A DNA stretch of 64,000 nucleotides, taken from NCBI GenBank assembly GCA_900617105.1, contig UYFQ01000260.1:124001-188000 (forward strand), given 5' to 3'. The stretch's first letter is position 1, and each line of letters opens with the position of its first letter. The notes beneath the pieces were generated by a model. It saw only the letters and a program-made list of their open reading frames with translations, was not told the DNA's origin and ran no database searches. Below are positions 43,500 through 55,421 of the stretch, piece by piece. Both the position numbers and the translations under genes were made by a program. The stretch comes from Hydrurus foetidus. Taxonomy: Eukaryota.

Positions 43500-46400
43500 C
43501 TACTTGGCTTCCGGCTTGACCAGCACGGTCCAGGACCTGTCCTCGCCCAGGAAGGTGCGGGCGGCCTTCTGGACGTCGGCGGCCTTGACCCGTTCCAGCC
43601 CGGCGATCACCGAGCGGGTGGCGTCCAGGATCCGCGGATCGGTCTGGGCGCCCGACAGGTTGCCCAGCCAGTATTCGTTGGTGACGCGCGACTTTTCGAT
43701 CTGGTCGATGCGCGGCTTCTTAGCGCTCCAGTTCGTCCTCGGTGACGGGCTTGTCGCGCAGGTCGGCGGCGATCTGGCGGATGGTGGCGGCGACGCCGTC
43801 CAGCTTGTCCGGCGGCACTTCCACGCTGACCGACAGATAGCCCCAGTCGTTGAAGACCACACTGTGGGTGGCCCCGGCCGAGGGCGAATAGGTCGCCCCT
43901 TGCTTCTCGCGCAGTTCGTCGGTCAGCCTCAGTTGCATCACCTGGGCAAGCACCGAGGTGTCGCGCGAGCGCTGCAGGTCAGAGAACAGATCGTCGGTCC
44001 TCCAGCTCATGAACAGCTGGGCCTGATCGGCGCGGCCCTTGTGCGTCAGCACCACCGGCGTCTGTGACGGGGCGGGGAAGGGAACCTGACGCGCGGCGAC
44101 GGGATCGGCCAGTCCCGGACGGGTGGGCAGGGCCCCGAAGGTCTCGGCCACGGCGGCGATCGCCTTGTCGACAGTGATGTCACCGACCACCACGATCTCG
44201 ATCGCACCCTTGCTGAGCGGATCGGTGACGGCCGCCTTCAGGCTATCGAGCGAGGCGGCGGCGATGTCCACGCGGGACGGGAAGGTCCAGCGCCTGTCGC
44301 CGTTGTGCAGCAGCCCGCTGAGGTCGCGCCCGATGACGCCGCCGGTGGTGGTTTCCAGCTGGTCGTGAATGGTGCCGTAGTAGGTCTTGATCCGCGAGAA
44401 GGCCTCGGGCCGCCAACCCGGCTCCATCGCGAAGCCGGCCAGCACCTGCAGTTCCGTGCCGACGTCCTCGGGCCGCGTGCGGCCGCTGAGGGTGAAGGCG
44501 TCGTCCTCGACGCCCAGGCTGGCGTTCCAGATCTTGCCGTTCAGCACTCGCTCCATGTCCTGGGCGCTGATCTGCTTGAGACCGCCCTCGATGAAGGCCG
44601 AGCTGGACCACAGGGGGCTCTGGGCGCCCGAGGGCAGATCGAGCAGACCGTTGCCGATGCGGGCCTTGATCAGCACCTGATCGTCGCGGAACTTGGTCGG
44701 CTTGACCGTCAGTCGCACGCCGTTCTCGAACCGCACGAAGACGGTGTCGAGGTCGGTGACGTCCTTCTGCTCGGCGACCTTGCCGATCGGTCCGAGCTGG
44801 CATAGGGCCAGGCCGTGACGCCAGGCGCGGCGGGGGGCAGCACGGCGACCTTGCGCGCGTCTGCATAGGCGGCGAGCACCGTCTTCTCGGCGCCCTCGAT
44901 ATTGGTCGGGCTGGGGATCAGGATCAGCGGGCCCTGGCCGGCGAAGGCCGCCTTCAGCGCCGCGCTGACACGGTCAGCGGTCAGGCCTTTGACGATCTCG
45001 TCGAAGGCGGCCAGGTTCTGGCTGGGACTGGTGACGGTCTCGCCGTCGCCGAGGGTTCCGACGATGCCGCTGGCCAGAGCCGTGGTGCGCTGGGTGGCCT
45101 CGCCGGAGACGGCCGCGACCAGGGATGAGCGCATGCTGGCGATCTCGCGGTCCAGCTCGTCCTGGCGCACGCCATATTGCACGACGCGGCGCTGTTCCTG
45201 GTCCAGAGCCGACAGCGCCTCGCGCCAGCGGCCGGGCTGGGCGGTGGCGCCCAGGGTGGTCATGCGCACGGCGCCGTACTGATCGCCGGTGAAGGCCCCG
45301 CCGGCGATGAAGGGCGGATCGGCCGCGCGGCTCAGGGCCTGCATCCGGCGGTTCATCACCGCAAAGCCCAGGTTCTTCAGCGTGTCGCGCTCATCGGCGG
45401 CCTTGGTTTCGATCCTGTCGTCCGGCGCGCCGGCCCAGGATAGCTGCACCGACAGGGCCGCGCCGGGCTCGACGATCACCCTGGCGGTCTCGCCGCGCTT
45501 GGCCACCTTGCCGACCACGGGATCAGCGCCGGCCGGACCCTTGGCGGTCCAGTCGCCGAAGCGGGTCTTGATCTTGGCCTCCATGGCGTCGAGGTCGAAG
45601 TCGCCGACCGCCACCAGCACCGCCCGCTCAGGGCGATAATAGGCCTCGTAATAGTCGCGGATCCGCTGGGCGGGGGCGGTCTTCAGCACCTCGGTCTTGC
45701 CGATGGGAATGCGCTTGGGCGGCAGCTGGCCTTCCATCTGGAAGTCCATCGACTTGATGGCCACGCGATAGCCGGGGCTGTCGCGGGTGCGCTCTTCCGA
45801 CAGCACCACGCCGCGTTCGCGATCAACGGCCTCGGGCGCAATGGTCAGCTCGCCGGCGGCCTCGCGCAGCAGCATCAGTGAGGTGTCGACCGTCGCGTCA
45901 TCGGTCTTGGGCAGATCGAGCTGATAGACGGTCTCGTCCAGACCGGTGGAGGCGTTGGTGTCGGCCCCGAAGGCCAGGCCGTGGCGCTCCAGGATCTTGA
46001 TCATCTCGCCTTCGGGCACGTTCTTGCTGCCGTTGAAGGCCATGTGCTCGAGGAAGTGGGCCAGGCCCTGCTGGTCGTCGGCCTCCATCATCGAGCCGGT
46101 GTCGAACCACAGGCGCAGGGCGGCCTGCTGGGGCGGGGTGGCGTTCTTCATCAGGGCGTAGCGCATGCCGCTGGGCAGGACGCCGAACCGCACGCGGGGG
46201 TCGGGCGCGACGTCCGACACCTCATGGGCCCATTGACCGGGCTTCAGCGACGCCAGGGTCGGCCCGGCGGGCTGGGCCGGTGCGAGGATAGCCTCCCTGC
46301 CAGGCAGGGTCGGCATGGAAAGCTTGGGCAGGGCCGAGCAGGCGGCGAGGGACAGGCCGACAGCGGCCAGAAGTGTCAGGCGCGAAGCGCAGATCAGACA
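43500..46400 (-). CDS. M16-family zinc peptidase (PqqL-like lipoprotein; frameshifted, start approximate)
   Basis: Lipobox LAAC; HFLEH (HxxEH) and NAST motifs; second half with FENGV and LREKQGATYSP. Confidence 0.9.
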
Positions 46401-46489
46401 GCCTAGGGTTAGGTGAGCTTGGTCGAAGCCACACCTTGGCGTCCGTGAAGAGCGCAAGCAAGGCGGCGACCGCCTCGCGAAAGACGCGA

Positions 46490-47578
46490 TCAGGCGGCGG
46501 CCACGTCGCCGCTCTGACGGCGCAGGCGCCAGAAGCGGATGGTCCGCAGTGCCGCGTCCTGGGCAGGGCTACCATAGAGTTCGCCATAGACCTTGGCCTT
46601 GCCCATCACGTCGTCGGACGGATCCAGGATCAGCAGGGCGAAGGTCAGGAACAGGGCGCGGTCGAAATCGGCCGCCCTGCAGACCACGGCCAGGGCGTCG
46701 AGCTCGCGGCGCTCGAGGATCTTGCGGGCGGTGTGGAAGTCGATATCGGCCATGTCGGCCAGGGCGACCAGGAACAGCGTGGTCTTCTTGGCGCGCAGCA
46801 TCCCGGCCAGGGCCTGGGGCGAGACACCGCCCTTGGCCTTGATGGCGTGGAACTCGTGCTCGGCCTGGGCGTGATCGAAGGGCAGGGCGCCGTCCTGGGC
46901 GGCCACGCGCTTGCGACCGGCGTTGAGCGCCGCTTCCAGCGTGGCCGGATCCATGCCGGCGTTCTTCTCCAGGATCCGGTCGCGAAGCTTGGCCTCGACC
47001 ATGAAGTACATTTCGTTGAGCAGATCGACCGGCAGGCTGTGGCGGTCGATGACGGCCTCGTGCAGGGCCGGATTGGCGGCGGCGCGGTCGACGACGGCCT
47101 CATGCGCTTCACGCGAAAGCACAGCGCCTTCGTTGCGCAGCAGGACGCCAAGCGTGTCGTCATCGCCGCGCTGGACGATGGCGTCCGATACGGCGCTAGG
47201 AACGCGGGTACGCTGCGAGATGGCGCGCAGATGGTCCTGGCCGCGGGTGCGGGCCACTTCCAGCAGGTCTTCTTCCGACAGGCTGGACGACCCGCGCAGG
47301 ATCGGCTGGGCGACGGCGATGCTGTCGAGGGCCAGAGCCCTGTTGAGGCCGCGCGGCGGGGCAGGCGCGTGGCTCAAGCGCTCGGCCAGCTCGACCTTGA
47401 CTGCCTCTTCCATCTCGCCGGCCAGCTGGCTCATGACGTCGTCGAACAGGCCCATCTGCACGGGGTCGTGGACATCGCCGGCGAAGAACAGATCGGTGAC
47501 GCCGCGCAGCAGTTCGCGGCGCTTTTCGCTCGACGGCTCGTCGGCCAGGGCGATCAGGTCGTGAAGCTTGGACTGCAT
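46490..47578 (-). CDS. DUF2336 family protein
   Basis: RRELLR.VTDLF, LAERL, LA.D.IAVA.PIL..S..LSEEDL and HL.AISQR motifs. Confidence 0.85.
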   Translation of the reverse strand: MQSKLHDLIALADEPSSEKRRELLRGVTDLFFAGDVHDPVQMGLFDDVMSQLAGEMEEAVKVELAERLSHAPAPPRGLNRALALDSIAVAQPILRGSSSLSEEDLLEVARTRGQDHLRAISQRTRVPSAVSDAIVQRGDDDTLGVLLRNEGAVLSREAHEAVVDRAAANPALHEAVIDRHSLPVDLLNEMYFMVEAKLRDRILEKNAGMDPATLEAALNAGRKRVAAQDGALPFDHAQAEHEFHAIKAKGGVSPQALAGMLRAKKTTLFLVALADMADIDFHTARKILERRELDALAVVCRAADFDRALFLTFALLILDPSDDVMGKAKVYGELYGSPAQDAALRTIRFWRLRRQSGDVAAA

Positions 47579-48255
47579 CAGAGCGACCGGTCCTTGTTGC
47601 CGCGCTCGCCGTCTTCGTCGCCGCGCGCGCCGGCCGCCAGCCATTCGGCCGAACCGTGCCGGGGCTCGTCGTCCTTGAGGCGGGGCGCTTCTTCGGACGG
47701 AGCGATGAACACCATGCCGTTCGGCTGCAGCGGGGGCAGGGCGTCAGGCTGTTGGCCATATTGCCGGCCTACGGAATAGGTGCGGGCCATGCTCGGGGCC
47801 ATGGCCTGCGACGGAGGCGAATAGGACGCCATCGTCGCGGGCGAGGCCTGGAGCTGAGCCGCCGGAATCGATGGGCGGTTGATCTGGGGCGGGGCGGCGA
47901 TGGGCTGACGTTCGGTCTGGGCGACCGGCCCCGTGGGCTGTGGTCGTGCGCCAAGGCTCCGCCAGGGTTCCGACATCGGCGCCTGGGCCAGGGTGTTCGT
48001 CATGGCCTGGCGCGCCTGTGGTGCGACATAGGGCTGACGCCAGGGTTCCGATGCGGGCTGAGAGCCTTGGGTGCGCGGCGCGGCGGGCTCCTGCTTGCCG
48101 GCCCAGCCCAGGATCGGCCCGCCATAGCCCGACGCTGCGGTCAGGGCGCTCGTCTGGCGGCTTGGACGCGGACCATAGCGGCTCTCGCGCGTGTCCTCGG
48201 CGCGCGCGGCGGACGCGGCGCAAGCAAGGACGGCGATGAGAACCATGGTGCGCAT
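47578..48255 (-). CDS. Exported Pro/Gln-rich hypothetical protein
   Basis: Signal peptide ARA|E; low-complexity body; TGATG coupling to DUF2336. Confidence 0.7.
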   Translation of the reverse strand: MRTMVLIAVLACAASAARAEDTRESRYGPRPSRQTSALTAASGYGGPILGWAGKQEPAAPRTQGSQPASEPWRQPYVAPQARQAMTNTLAQAPMSEPWRSLGARPQPTGPVAQTERQPIAAPPQINRPSIPAAQLQASPATMASYSPPSQAMAPSMARTYSVGRQYGQQPDALPPLQPNGMVFIAPSEEAPRLKDDEPRHGSAEWLAAGARGDEDGERGNKDRSL

Positions 48256-48315
48256 GAGGCGGCCTGACGGAGGAGTCCGAGCCTCCAGCCTTAGCCTGCC
48301 CCGCTTAATCCGGAC

Positions 48316-49083
48316 CTAACGTCCGCGCCAAACTGCGAGCAGTCGACGCTCGGCCAGCTCCATCAGGGCGTGAAGCGCCACACCCAGCAGGGCCAGGGTC
48401 AGCAGGGCGGCGAACACGCGCGCGGTCTGCAGGCGATTATAAGCCTCCAGGATCCGCCAGGCGAGGCCCTGGGAGCCGCCTGAACCGGCGACGAACTCGG
48501 CCACTACGGCCCCGATCACAGCCAGGCCGGAGGCGACCTTGTGGCCTTCCAGAAGCGCGGGGACGGCCGAAGGCAGGCGCAGGCGCCACAGGCGCTGGGC
48601 TGATGACGCGCCATAGAGGTCGAAAAGGCGGGCCAGATCTGGATCCACGGCCTTCAGGCCGGTCAGGGCGCCCGAGAAGATCGGGAAGAAGGCGACCACG
48701 GCGGCCAAGCCGATCATTGCGCGCTCGGGATGGTCGATTCCCGCCCAGATGGTCACCAGCGGTGCGATGGCGACCAGCGGCGTGACTTGCAGCGTGACGG
48801 CGATGGGACGGATTGCGTCTTCCAGCAAGGGGCTCAGGCTGACCGTCAAGGCCAGGGCGCAGGCCAGCAGGCTGGCGATGACCAGCGCCAGCAGGGCCGT
48901 CGACAGCGTGCCCCAGGCCGAGGCCAGCAGCAGCGGCCAGCCCTCGATCAGGGCCGTCCAGATCGCGCTGGGTGGCGGCAGCAGATAGGCCGGCACGGCC
49001 AGGCGCGCGCAGGCCAACTCCCAGCCCGCCAGCAGCAGGCCGATCAGCACGAGCGGCGACAGGAAGGCCGACAAGGTCCTCAC
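48316..49083 (-). CDS. ABC transporter permease (SsuC/TauC-like)
   Basis: LLPPPS, EAA-like LFDLYGAS...LRLPSA.P and GAVVAEF motifs. Confidence 0.9.
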   Translation of the reverse strand: MRTLSAFLSPLVLIGLLLAGWELACARLAVPAYLLPPPSAIWTALIEGWPLLLASAWGTLSTALLALVIASLLACALALTVSLSPLLEDAIRPIAVTLQVTPLVAIAPLVTIWAGIDHPERAMIGLAAVVAFFPIFSGALTGLKAVDPDLARLFDLYGASSAQRLWRLRLPSAVPALLEGHKVASGLAVIGAVVAEFVAGSGGSQGLAWRILEAYNRLQTARVFAALLTLALLGVALHALMELAERRLLAVWRGR

Positions 49084-49829
49084 GCGGCGCGGGCTCCGGC
49101 CTGGGCCAGCAGGCCCGACACCGTCTCGGCGGCCTGGCGAAAGGCTTCGGTGGTGCGAAAGCCTGCAGGGCGGATCAGGGGGGCGTCGATGACCACTTCC
49201 CCCGCGATGCGGCCGGGGCCGGGGGTCATGACCACGACACGGCCGGCCATATAGACCGCCTCCTCGACATTGTGGGTGACGAAGATCATGGCCGGAGAAA
49301 GCTCGGCAGCCAGAGCCAGAACGTCATCGGCCAGGGCGCGGCGGGTGATCTCGTCCAGCGCCGCGAACGGCTCGTCCAGCAGCAGCAGGCGGGGGCGGGT
49401 GACCAAGGCGCGGGCTAAAGACACCCGCATGGCCATGCCGCCCGACAACTGGGCGGGCCGCGCCGCAAGCGCTTCGCCCAGACCGACCTTGGCCAAGGCC
49501 TGGGCGGCGGCGGTCATGGCGTCTGCGTGCCGCTCGCCGGCCAGTTCCAGAGGCAGAGCCACATTGGCCTGGGCGCTGAGCCACGGCGCGAGCGTGGGGG
49601 CCTGAAAGACCACGGCAGTCTCGCCCCTGCCAGCGGCGCGGGTCACGGCCCCGTGTGGCTGTTCAAGTCCCGCCAGCAAACGCAGGGCGGTGGACTTGCC
49701 GCAGCCGGACGGCCCCACGAGGGCGACGATCTCGCCGGCGCGCAGATCCAGATCCACCGGCCCCAGGGCGCGGCCGCGCCTGAGATAGTCGACCTCGACG
49801 GCGGAAAGAGCAGCGATGGTCAGAGTCAT
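49080..49829 (-). CDS. ABC transporter ATP-binding protein (TauB-like)
   Basis: GPSGCGKS, LSGGM, LLLDEPF.ALD and VTHN motifs. Confidence 0.93.
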   Translation of the reverse strand: MTLTIAALSAVEVDYLRRGRALGPVDLDLRAGEIVALVGPSGCGKSTALRLLAGLEQPHGAVTRAAGRGETAVVFQAPTLAPWLSAQANVALPLELAGERHADAMTAAAQALAKVGLGEALAARPAQLSGGMAMRVSLARALVTRPRLLLLDEPFAALDEITRRALADDVLALAAELSPAMIFVTHNVEEAVYMAGRVVVMTPGPGRIAGEVVIDAPLIRPAGFRTTEAFRQAAETVSGLLAQAGARAA

Positions 49830-50812
49830 TGGCCCTTGGGCAGGAACTGCAGCGTGTAGGCGCTCTTGTAGTCCATATCCTTGGGATAGACGCCCTGATC
49901 CGAAGCGACCTTGAAGAACTCCGCCCAGCGGGCGTCGGTCATCTGGCCAATGCCGTCCTTGGGGACGATGCCGTAGGACCGCATCTTCTCGCGGGCCTGG
50001 TCGAGGACGTCCTGGGTCATCTCAGGATTGTCCTTGAGGATGGCCGCGTCGCCCGGCTTGGCGTCACCATAGAGATAGGATTTCCAGCCTGCGGCCGTGG
50101 CCTCGACGAAGGCCTGCGCGGCCGACGGGTTTTTGGCAATGAAGCTGTCGGGCATCAGAGCCATCGAGGCGTAGGCGGGATAGCCGCTGTCCGCCAGCAA
50201 GAACACGGCCGGCTTGATCTTGCCCTCCTTCTCGATGAGGTAGGGCTCGCTGGTGGCATAGCCCTGCTGGACAATGCGCTTGTCGGCCAGGAACGGCGCA
50301 GCGCTGTAGTTGTACTTGCGGACTTGAGCGTCGGTGAAGCCGTACTTGGCCTTCAGCCAGACCCAGAAGGCGGTGATCGAGGCGTCCGCCAGCAGGATCG
50401 GTCGGTCCTTCATGTCGGCGATCGAGTTGATGCCCTGGCCGGGGTGGGCGATCAGCACCTGGGGGTCCTTGTCCATGAAGGCGGCCACGGCCTTTACGGG
50501 GGCCTTTTCCTTGGCCAGGTTCATGACGATGAAGCTGTTGGAGCCGACCCCGGCATCCACCGCGCCCGTGGCCAGCAACTGGGGCACGTTCACGCCGGGA
50601 CCGCCCTGGATCAGGGTCACATCCAGCCCGCGCCTGGCGTATTCGCCGGTCGCCAGGGCCTGATAGTAGCCGCCAAGCTCGGCCTGGGCGCGCCAGTCGG
50701 TGGCCAGCTTCATGGCGGTGCGACCGGGAGCGTCGGCGGGTTCCTGCCCGGCGGGCGAGCAGGCGGCGAGCAGCGTGCAAAGGGTGAGCACGGCCAGTTT
50801 GCGGAAACCCAT
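49826..50812 (-). CDS. ABC substrate-binding lipoprotein, NMT1/THI5-like
   Basis: Lipobox LAAC; DW.AQAE.GGYYQA and IQGGP motifs. Confidence 0.85.
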   Translation of the reverse strand: MGFRKLAVLTLCTLLAACSPAGQEPADAPGRTAMKLATDWRAQAELGGYYQALATGEYARRGLDVTLIQGGPGVNVPQLLATGAVDAGVGSNSFIVMNLAKEKAPVKAVAAFMDKDPQVLIAHPGQGINSIADMKDRPILLADASITAFWVWLKAKYGFTDAQVRKYNYSAAPFLADKRIVQQGYATSEPYLIEKEGKIKPAVFLLADSGYPAYASMALMPDSFIAKNPSAAQAFVEATAAGWKSYLYGDAKPGDAAILKDNPEMTQDVLDQAREKMRSYGIVPKDGIGQMTDARWAEFFKVASDQGVYPKDMDYKSAYTLQFLPKGQ

Positions 50813-50884
50813 GAATCCCTCCCGGACAAGGTCGCGAGAGGTTAGGCGGCGCAGCCGCATCTTCCAAGAGCGAACGCGGTTCAG

Positions 50885-52945
50885 CTAGTCGATGCTGGTG
50901 GGAGCGGTCCGCCAGCGCTCGACCTTGGCATAGAGCACCTCGCGCTGAATCGGTTTGGCGATGTGATCGACCATTCCGGCCGCGTAGCAGCGCTCGACCT
51001 GCTGGGGCAGGGCGTCGGCGCTCATGGCGATGATCGGAACCCGGCTGGCAGGCGAGTTCAGGGCGCGGATAGCCCGGGTGGCGGCCAGGCCGTCCATCAG
51101 CGGCATGTGGATGTCCATCAGGATCATGTCGTACTGGCCGCTCGCCGCCGCCTCGACAGCCTGCTGACCGTTTTCAGCGATATCGACCTTGCAGCCCGCC
51201 AGGGTCAGCAGCGCGACGCCGATTTCGCGGTTAATCGGATGGTCGTCGACCAGCAGGATGCTGGCGGCGCCTGGCAGAAGGGGTGTCCGTTGCTCGGGAA
51301 CGCCCAGGGACTCGGCGATCGGCGCGGCGATCTCGATCCAGAAGCATGAGCCGCGACCCGGCACGCTGTCGACGCCGATCTTGCCGCCCATCAGTTCGAC
51401 CAGCGCCCGGCTTATCGCCAGGCCCAGGCCCGCGCCGCCATAGGTGCGGCTCGCCGAACTGTCGATCTGCGAGAAGCGCTGGAACAGCAGGGCCTGCTTC
51501 TCGATCGATATGCCGGCGCCGGTGTCGGTGATTTCGAAACGCAACCGATCCTCATGATCGCCCGGCTCGACAATCAGGGTGGCGTCGATGCGTCCCGTAT
51601 CGGTGAACTTCACCGCGTTGTTGAGCAGGTTGAGCAACACCTGGCGCAGACGGGCGTCGTCCAGGTCATGCAGGGCGTCGATCGGATCTATGATCTCGAG
51701 GTTCAGTTTTAGGCCCTTGGCGCGCGCCTCGGGCGCCATGATCGCGACGGTGTCGCGCAGCAGGTTCGCCGCCGAGGTTGGTTGCGGCAGCAGTTCCACC
51801 TGGCCGGCCTCGACCCGCGAGAAGTCGAGGATGTCGTTGACCACGGTCAGCAGCCGCCGGCGGTCGATCAGTTCACCTGCCGCCGGACGTCCGGCGGCAG
51901 GTCGTTGCGGGCCGCCAGCAGTTGAGCAAAGCCCAGCACGCTGTTCAGCGGGGTGCGGATCTCGTGGCTCATGGTCGCCAGGAACTCGGTCTTGGCCTCG
52001 GTTGCGGCCAGGGCGCGGGCGCGGGCGGCGCGGGTCAGCTGTTCGCGGCGCACCAGCAGGCGCTTCAGGCGCTCCTGCTGCGCCAGGGCCAGGCCGGTGG
52101 CCAGATTGGTGCCGAATAGCAGGCTGATAAGACCTGGGCGACGCGGGTGGGATTGGCGGATTCCCATCGCATGCCCATGGCCAGATAGCCGGTGGAAGTC
52201 ACCAGGGGAATGGCGATACAGGCCACCACCAGAGAGCTTTCCGCAGCCCCCCGCGCGCCCAGTCGAAAGGCGGCCAGCATGGAGGAAGATCAGGAACGGC
52301 GCCGGAACGCCGTCAGGATGAAAGCAGATCGCTGTCAGCGCGGCGATCGACGCATAGAGAGCCAGGCGCTCCGTAATCGAGCGATGGAAGGCGCGCCGAT
52401 GCTCCGCGTCCAGCAACACCAGCACAGCGGGGAGCACAACGGCGAGCCCCAGGCCGCTTCGCGCGAACCAGGCCCACGTCGTGGTCAGCAAGCGGCGCTC
52501 CCGAGACTATCGAGAGCAGGGACGCGCTGATAATCGCGGCGGTTGCGGCAATGGGGGCGCCCACCGCGACGAGAAGCGCGAGCTGTCGCATTGTCCGCAG
52601 ACGCAGCAAACCGCCGGAAATCCGGCGCGCTACGGCCCAGACCGCATAGGCTTCCAGAACATCGACGCTGGTGAAGAGCACAGCCTTGCCGAGGCTGTCC
52701 CCGACAAGCAGATCGATGATCAAATGGAAAACAATCATCACGCTGGTCAGGGCGATGCGGCGCGGCGGATTGAGCGCCATCAGACCGACGACCAGGAGAC
52801 CGTTCGCGGGCCAGAACGCCGCGACACCCAGATTGGTCCGGGTCAGAAAATCGCTGAAGGCCAGGCTGGCGACCACGGCCACAGCCAAGCTCAGCAGCAG
52901 GGTGTTCTGCCGCCGTTGTTCTTGTTGTGCCAGCTGTTGCCGCAT
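50885..52945 (-). CDS. Membrane hybrid histidine kinase (MASE1-HisKA-HATPase-REC; frameshifted)
   Basis: [52 protein letters not shown]. Confidence 0.9.
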
Positions 52946-53395
52946 GCTCGTCTCGTCCCCTGGATCAATACGCTTCCGACTGTTCAGGGTTGCTGCCCAA
53001 TTTGGTCGCTGTGGCGCTTTGTCGCAGGCGATGATCGCTTTCGACTAAGGCCAGACCTTGAGCCAACCCTTATACTTTGGCGGAGGCACGACAATGCATA
53101 AGACGGCGGGCGCTTCAAGCACAGGTCGCGTCTCTAGGCCGCTCGGCCGGTCGTTGCCGCGTTCTTGACGGGCGCTTGTCGAGGGCCGGGGCAATCACGC
53201 GGCGAGCGGGTTGATCGGCGGCCGGCAGGTGACGCTGCGGCAGGGCCGGCAGGGCGGGCGCCAGTACCCCAGCGCCACCACAGTCCGGCATCGCAGGCGG
53301 TCTTGGTCCATAAACCTATCCCGCTCCCTCGCCACACCGAGCGGAAGCGGGCACTCCAACGGCGCGCGAGCGGGCAGGGAGCGGTCGGGGAGCCG

Positions 53396-55219
53396 CTAGC
53401 TGGAAAGGGTCTCGCGCTTCTCTTCCAGAGCCATCCAGTCCTCTTCGGCCTGCGCCAGGTCCGCGCGGGCCTTGTCGAGGGTTTTCATGACCTTGTCGAA
53501 GCCGGCGGGATCGCGCGCGTAGAAGTTCGGATCGGCCAGCCGGGCTTCCAGATCGCCAATGATCTTGGGGCTGGCCGCGACCAGGGCTTCGCACTCCTCG
53601 AGCCGACGCTGATCCTTGTAGGACAGTTTGACGGTCTTCTTGGGCGGGGCGATCACCACCGGAGCGGCCTTGGGGGCTCCCGTGGCGAAGTCGCCGCCGC
53701 CGGCGCCGCGCGCGCCCTTGAAGAAGTCGGGGCTCTGGTCGATCAGGTCGCTCCAGCCGCCCGGAGTCTCGATCACCTGCCCATGGCCGTTCATGGCGAT
53801 GGTCGAGGTGGCCAGCCGGTCGATGAAGTCGCGATCGTGGCTGACCAGGATCAGCGTACCTTCGAAGTCGGCCAGCAGGTCCTCCAGCAGGTCCAGCGTG
53901 TCCATGTCCAGGTCGTTGGTGGGCTCATCGAGCACCATCAGGTTCGTGGGCGTGGCCAGGGCGCGGGCCAGCAGCAGGCGGTTGCGTTCCCCGCCCGACA
54001 GGCTGGTCACGGGCTGGCGCAGCTGCGCCTCGGTGAACAGGAAGTCCTTGGCGTAGCCGGCCACGTGCTTGGGCAGGCCGCGCACCAGGATGGAGTCGCC
54101 GCCGCCGGGAGTCAGGAAGTCCCAGACGGTGATCTTGTCCGACAGGGCCATGCGGGCCTGGTCGACATAGGAGATCTCAAGATTGGTCCCCAAGGTGACC
54201 GTGCCGGAATCGACCGCCAGCTCGCCCAGCAGCAGCTTGACCAGCGTCGTCTTTCCGGCGCCGTTGGGGCCGACCAGGGCTACGCGGTCGCCGCGCAGGA
54301 TGCGGGTCGAGAAGTCTTCGACGATCACCCGGTCGCCGAATTTCTTGGTGACGTTCTTGGCCTCGGCGACCTTCTTGCCCGAGGTCCCCGCCGCTTCGAC
54401 AGCCATATAGATGCTGCCGCGCATGTCGCTCTGGCGATCCTTCTTCTCGGCGCGAAGGTCCATCAGGGCGCGGCGGCGGCCTTCGTTGCGGGCCCTTCGG
54501 CCCTGGACGCCACGGGCCAGCCAGGCGTTCTCGCGCTCCAGCGCCTTGTTCAGGCGGCGCGCTTCGTCAGCGTCGGCGGCCATGACCGCCTCGCTCCAGG
54601 TCTCGAACTCAAGGAAGCCCTTGTCCAGACGGCGCACCTTGCGGTGCTCCAGCCAGAAGGTGCGCTGGGTGACGCGGTTGAGGAAGGCCCGGTCGTGGCT
54701 GACGATCAGGGCGGCGCACTTGGAGCCGGCCAGTTCCTCTTCCAGCGTCTGGATGGCGAAGATGTCCAGGTGGTTGGTCGGTTCGTCCAGCAGCAGCACA
54801 TCGGGCTGCTCGGCGAAGGCGCGGGCCAGGGCCGCGCGACGCTTCTCACCGCCCGAAAGGCCTTCGGTGCCCTTTTCGGGGTCCAGGCCAAAGTCGGCCA
54901 GCGTAGCCTGGGCTTCGTAGTCCTGGGCGCCGCCGGCGGTGCAATAGTCCAGCAGGGTCGCGCCGGTGATCTCCGGCTCCTGGCTGACGAAGACAATGCG
55001 CGCGCCTGGCTGCACGATGCGCTCGCCGCTGTCGGGTTCGGCGCCCTGGGCGGCCAGGATCTTCAGCAGGGTGCTCTTGCCCGCGCCGTTGCGGCCGACC
55101 AGACAGGCGCGGATGCGCGGCTCCAGCGCCAGGTCGACGCCGTCGAACAGGGGCTTGGCCCCGTCGGCTAGCCGGACGTCCTTGAGGGCGAGAATGGGCG
55201 CGCGGGCAGGGGAAGCCAT
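53396..55219 (-). CDS. uup: ABC-F ATPase, Uup-like (the gene historically called hfaC in Caulobacter)
   Basis: Two NBDs (GRNGAGKS, GPNGAGKT, LSGGE, DEPTN), no TM segments, C-terminal KLSYKDQR coiled coil. Confidence 0.88.
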   Translation of the reverse strand: MASPARAPILALKDVRLADGAKPLFDGVDLALEPRIRACLVGRNGAGKSTLLKILAAQGAEPDSGERIVQPGARIVFVSQEPEITGATLLDYCTAGGAQDYEAQATLADFGLDPEKGTEGLSGGEKRRAALARAFAEQPDVLLLDEPTNHLDIFAIQTLEEELAGSKCAALIVSHDRAFLNRVTQRTFWLEHRKVRRLDKGFLEFETWSEAVMAADADEARRLNKALERENAWLARGVQGRRARNEGRRRALMDLRAEKKDRQSDMRGSIYMAVEAAGTSGKKVAEAKNVTKKFGDRVIVEDFSTRILRGDRVALVGPNGAGKTTLVKLLLGELAVDSGTVTLGTNLEISYVDQARMALSDKITVWDFLTPGGGDSILVRGLPKHVAGYAKDFLFTEAQLRQPVTSLSGGERNRLLLARALATPTNLMVLDEPTNDLDMDTLDLLEDLLADFEGTLILVSHDRDFIDRLATSTIAMNGHGQVIETPGGWSDLIDQSPDFFKGARGAGGGDFATGAPKAAPVVIAPPKKTVKLSYKDQRRLEECEALVAASPKIIGDLEARLADPNFYARDPAGFDKVMKTLDKARADLAQAEEDWMALEEKRETLSS

Positions 55220-55421
55220 AAGGTGCTCGTACTGGGGGAGGCGTCAGAGTGTCGCGGAGGATGCGGCCTATAACAGGGATGGCCGGGAAAAGACGCCAAA
55301 ATCCGGGTGATCCGGCTCGATTACCTGGCAAGGCGTCATCTGGCGCGGGGCGCGACACAATCGCCCGTTAACGGGTGGCCAATCGCGACGTGCCTAGGGT
55401 CAAGCTGTCCCCGTGAGATGA

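Noticed and set aside
53114..53311. Possible small minus-strand ORF starting MDQDRLR with a purine-rich RBS
   Set aside because: The frame is ambiguous given the indel rate and there is no recognisable homology.
53165..55171. Long antisense or alternative-frame ORFs (e.g. 53165-55171 +, 46373-47779 +, 42331-44067 +, 29473-30867 -)
   Set aside because: Shadow ORFs of real genes in high-GC DNA, with no independent motifs.
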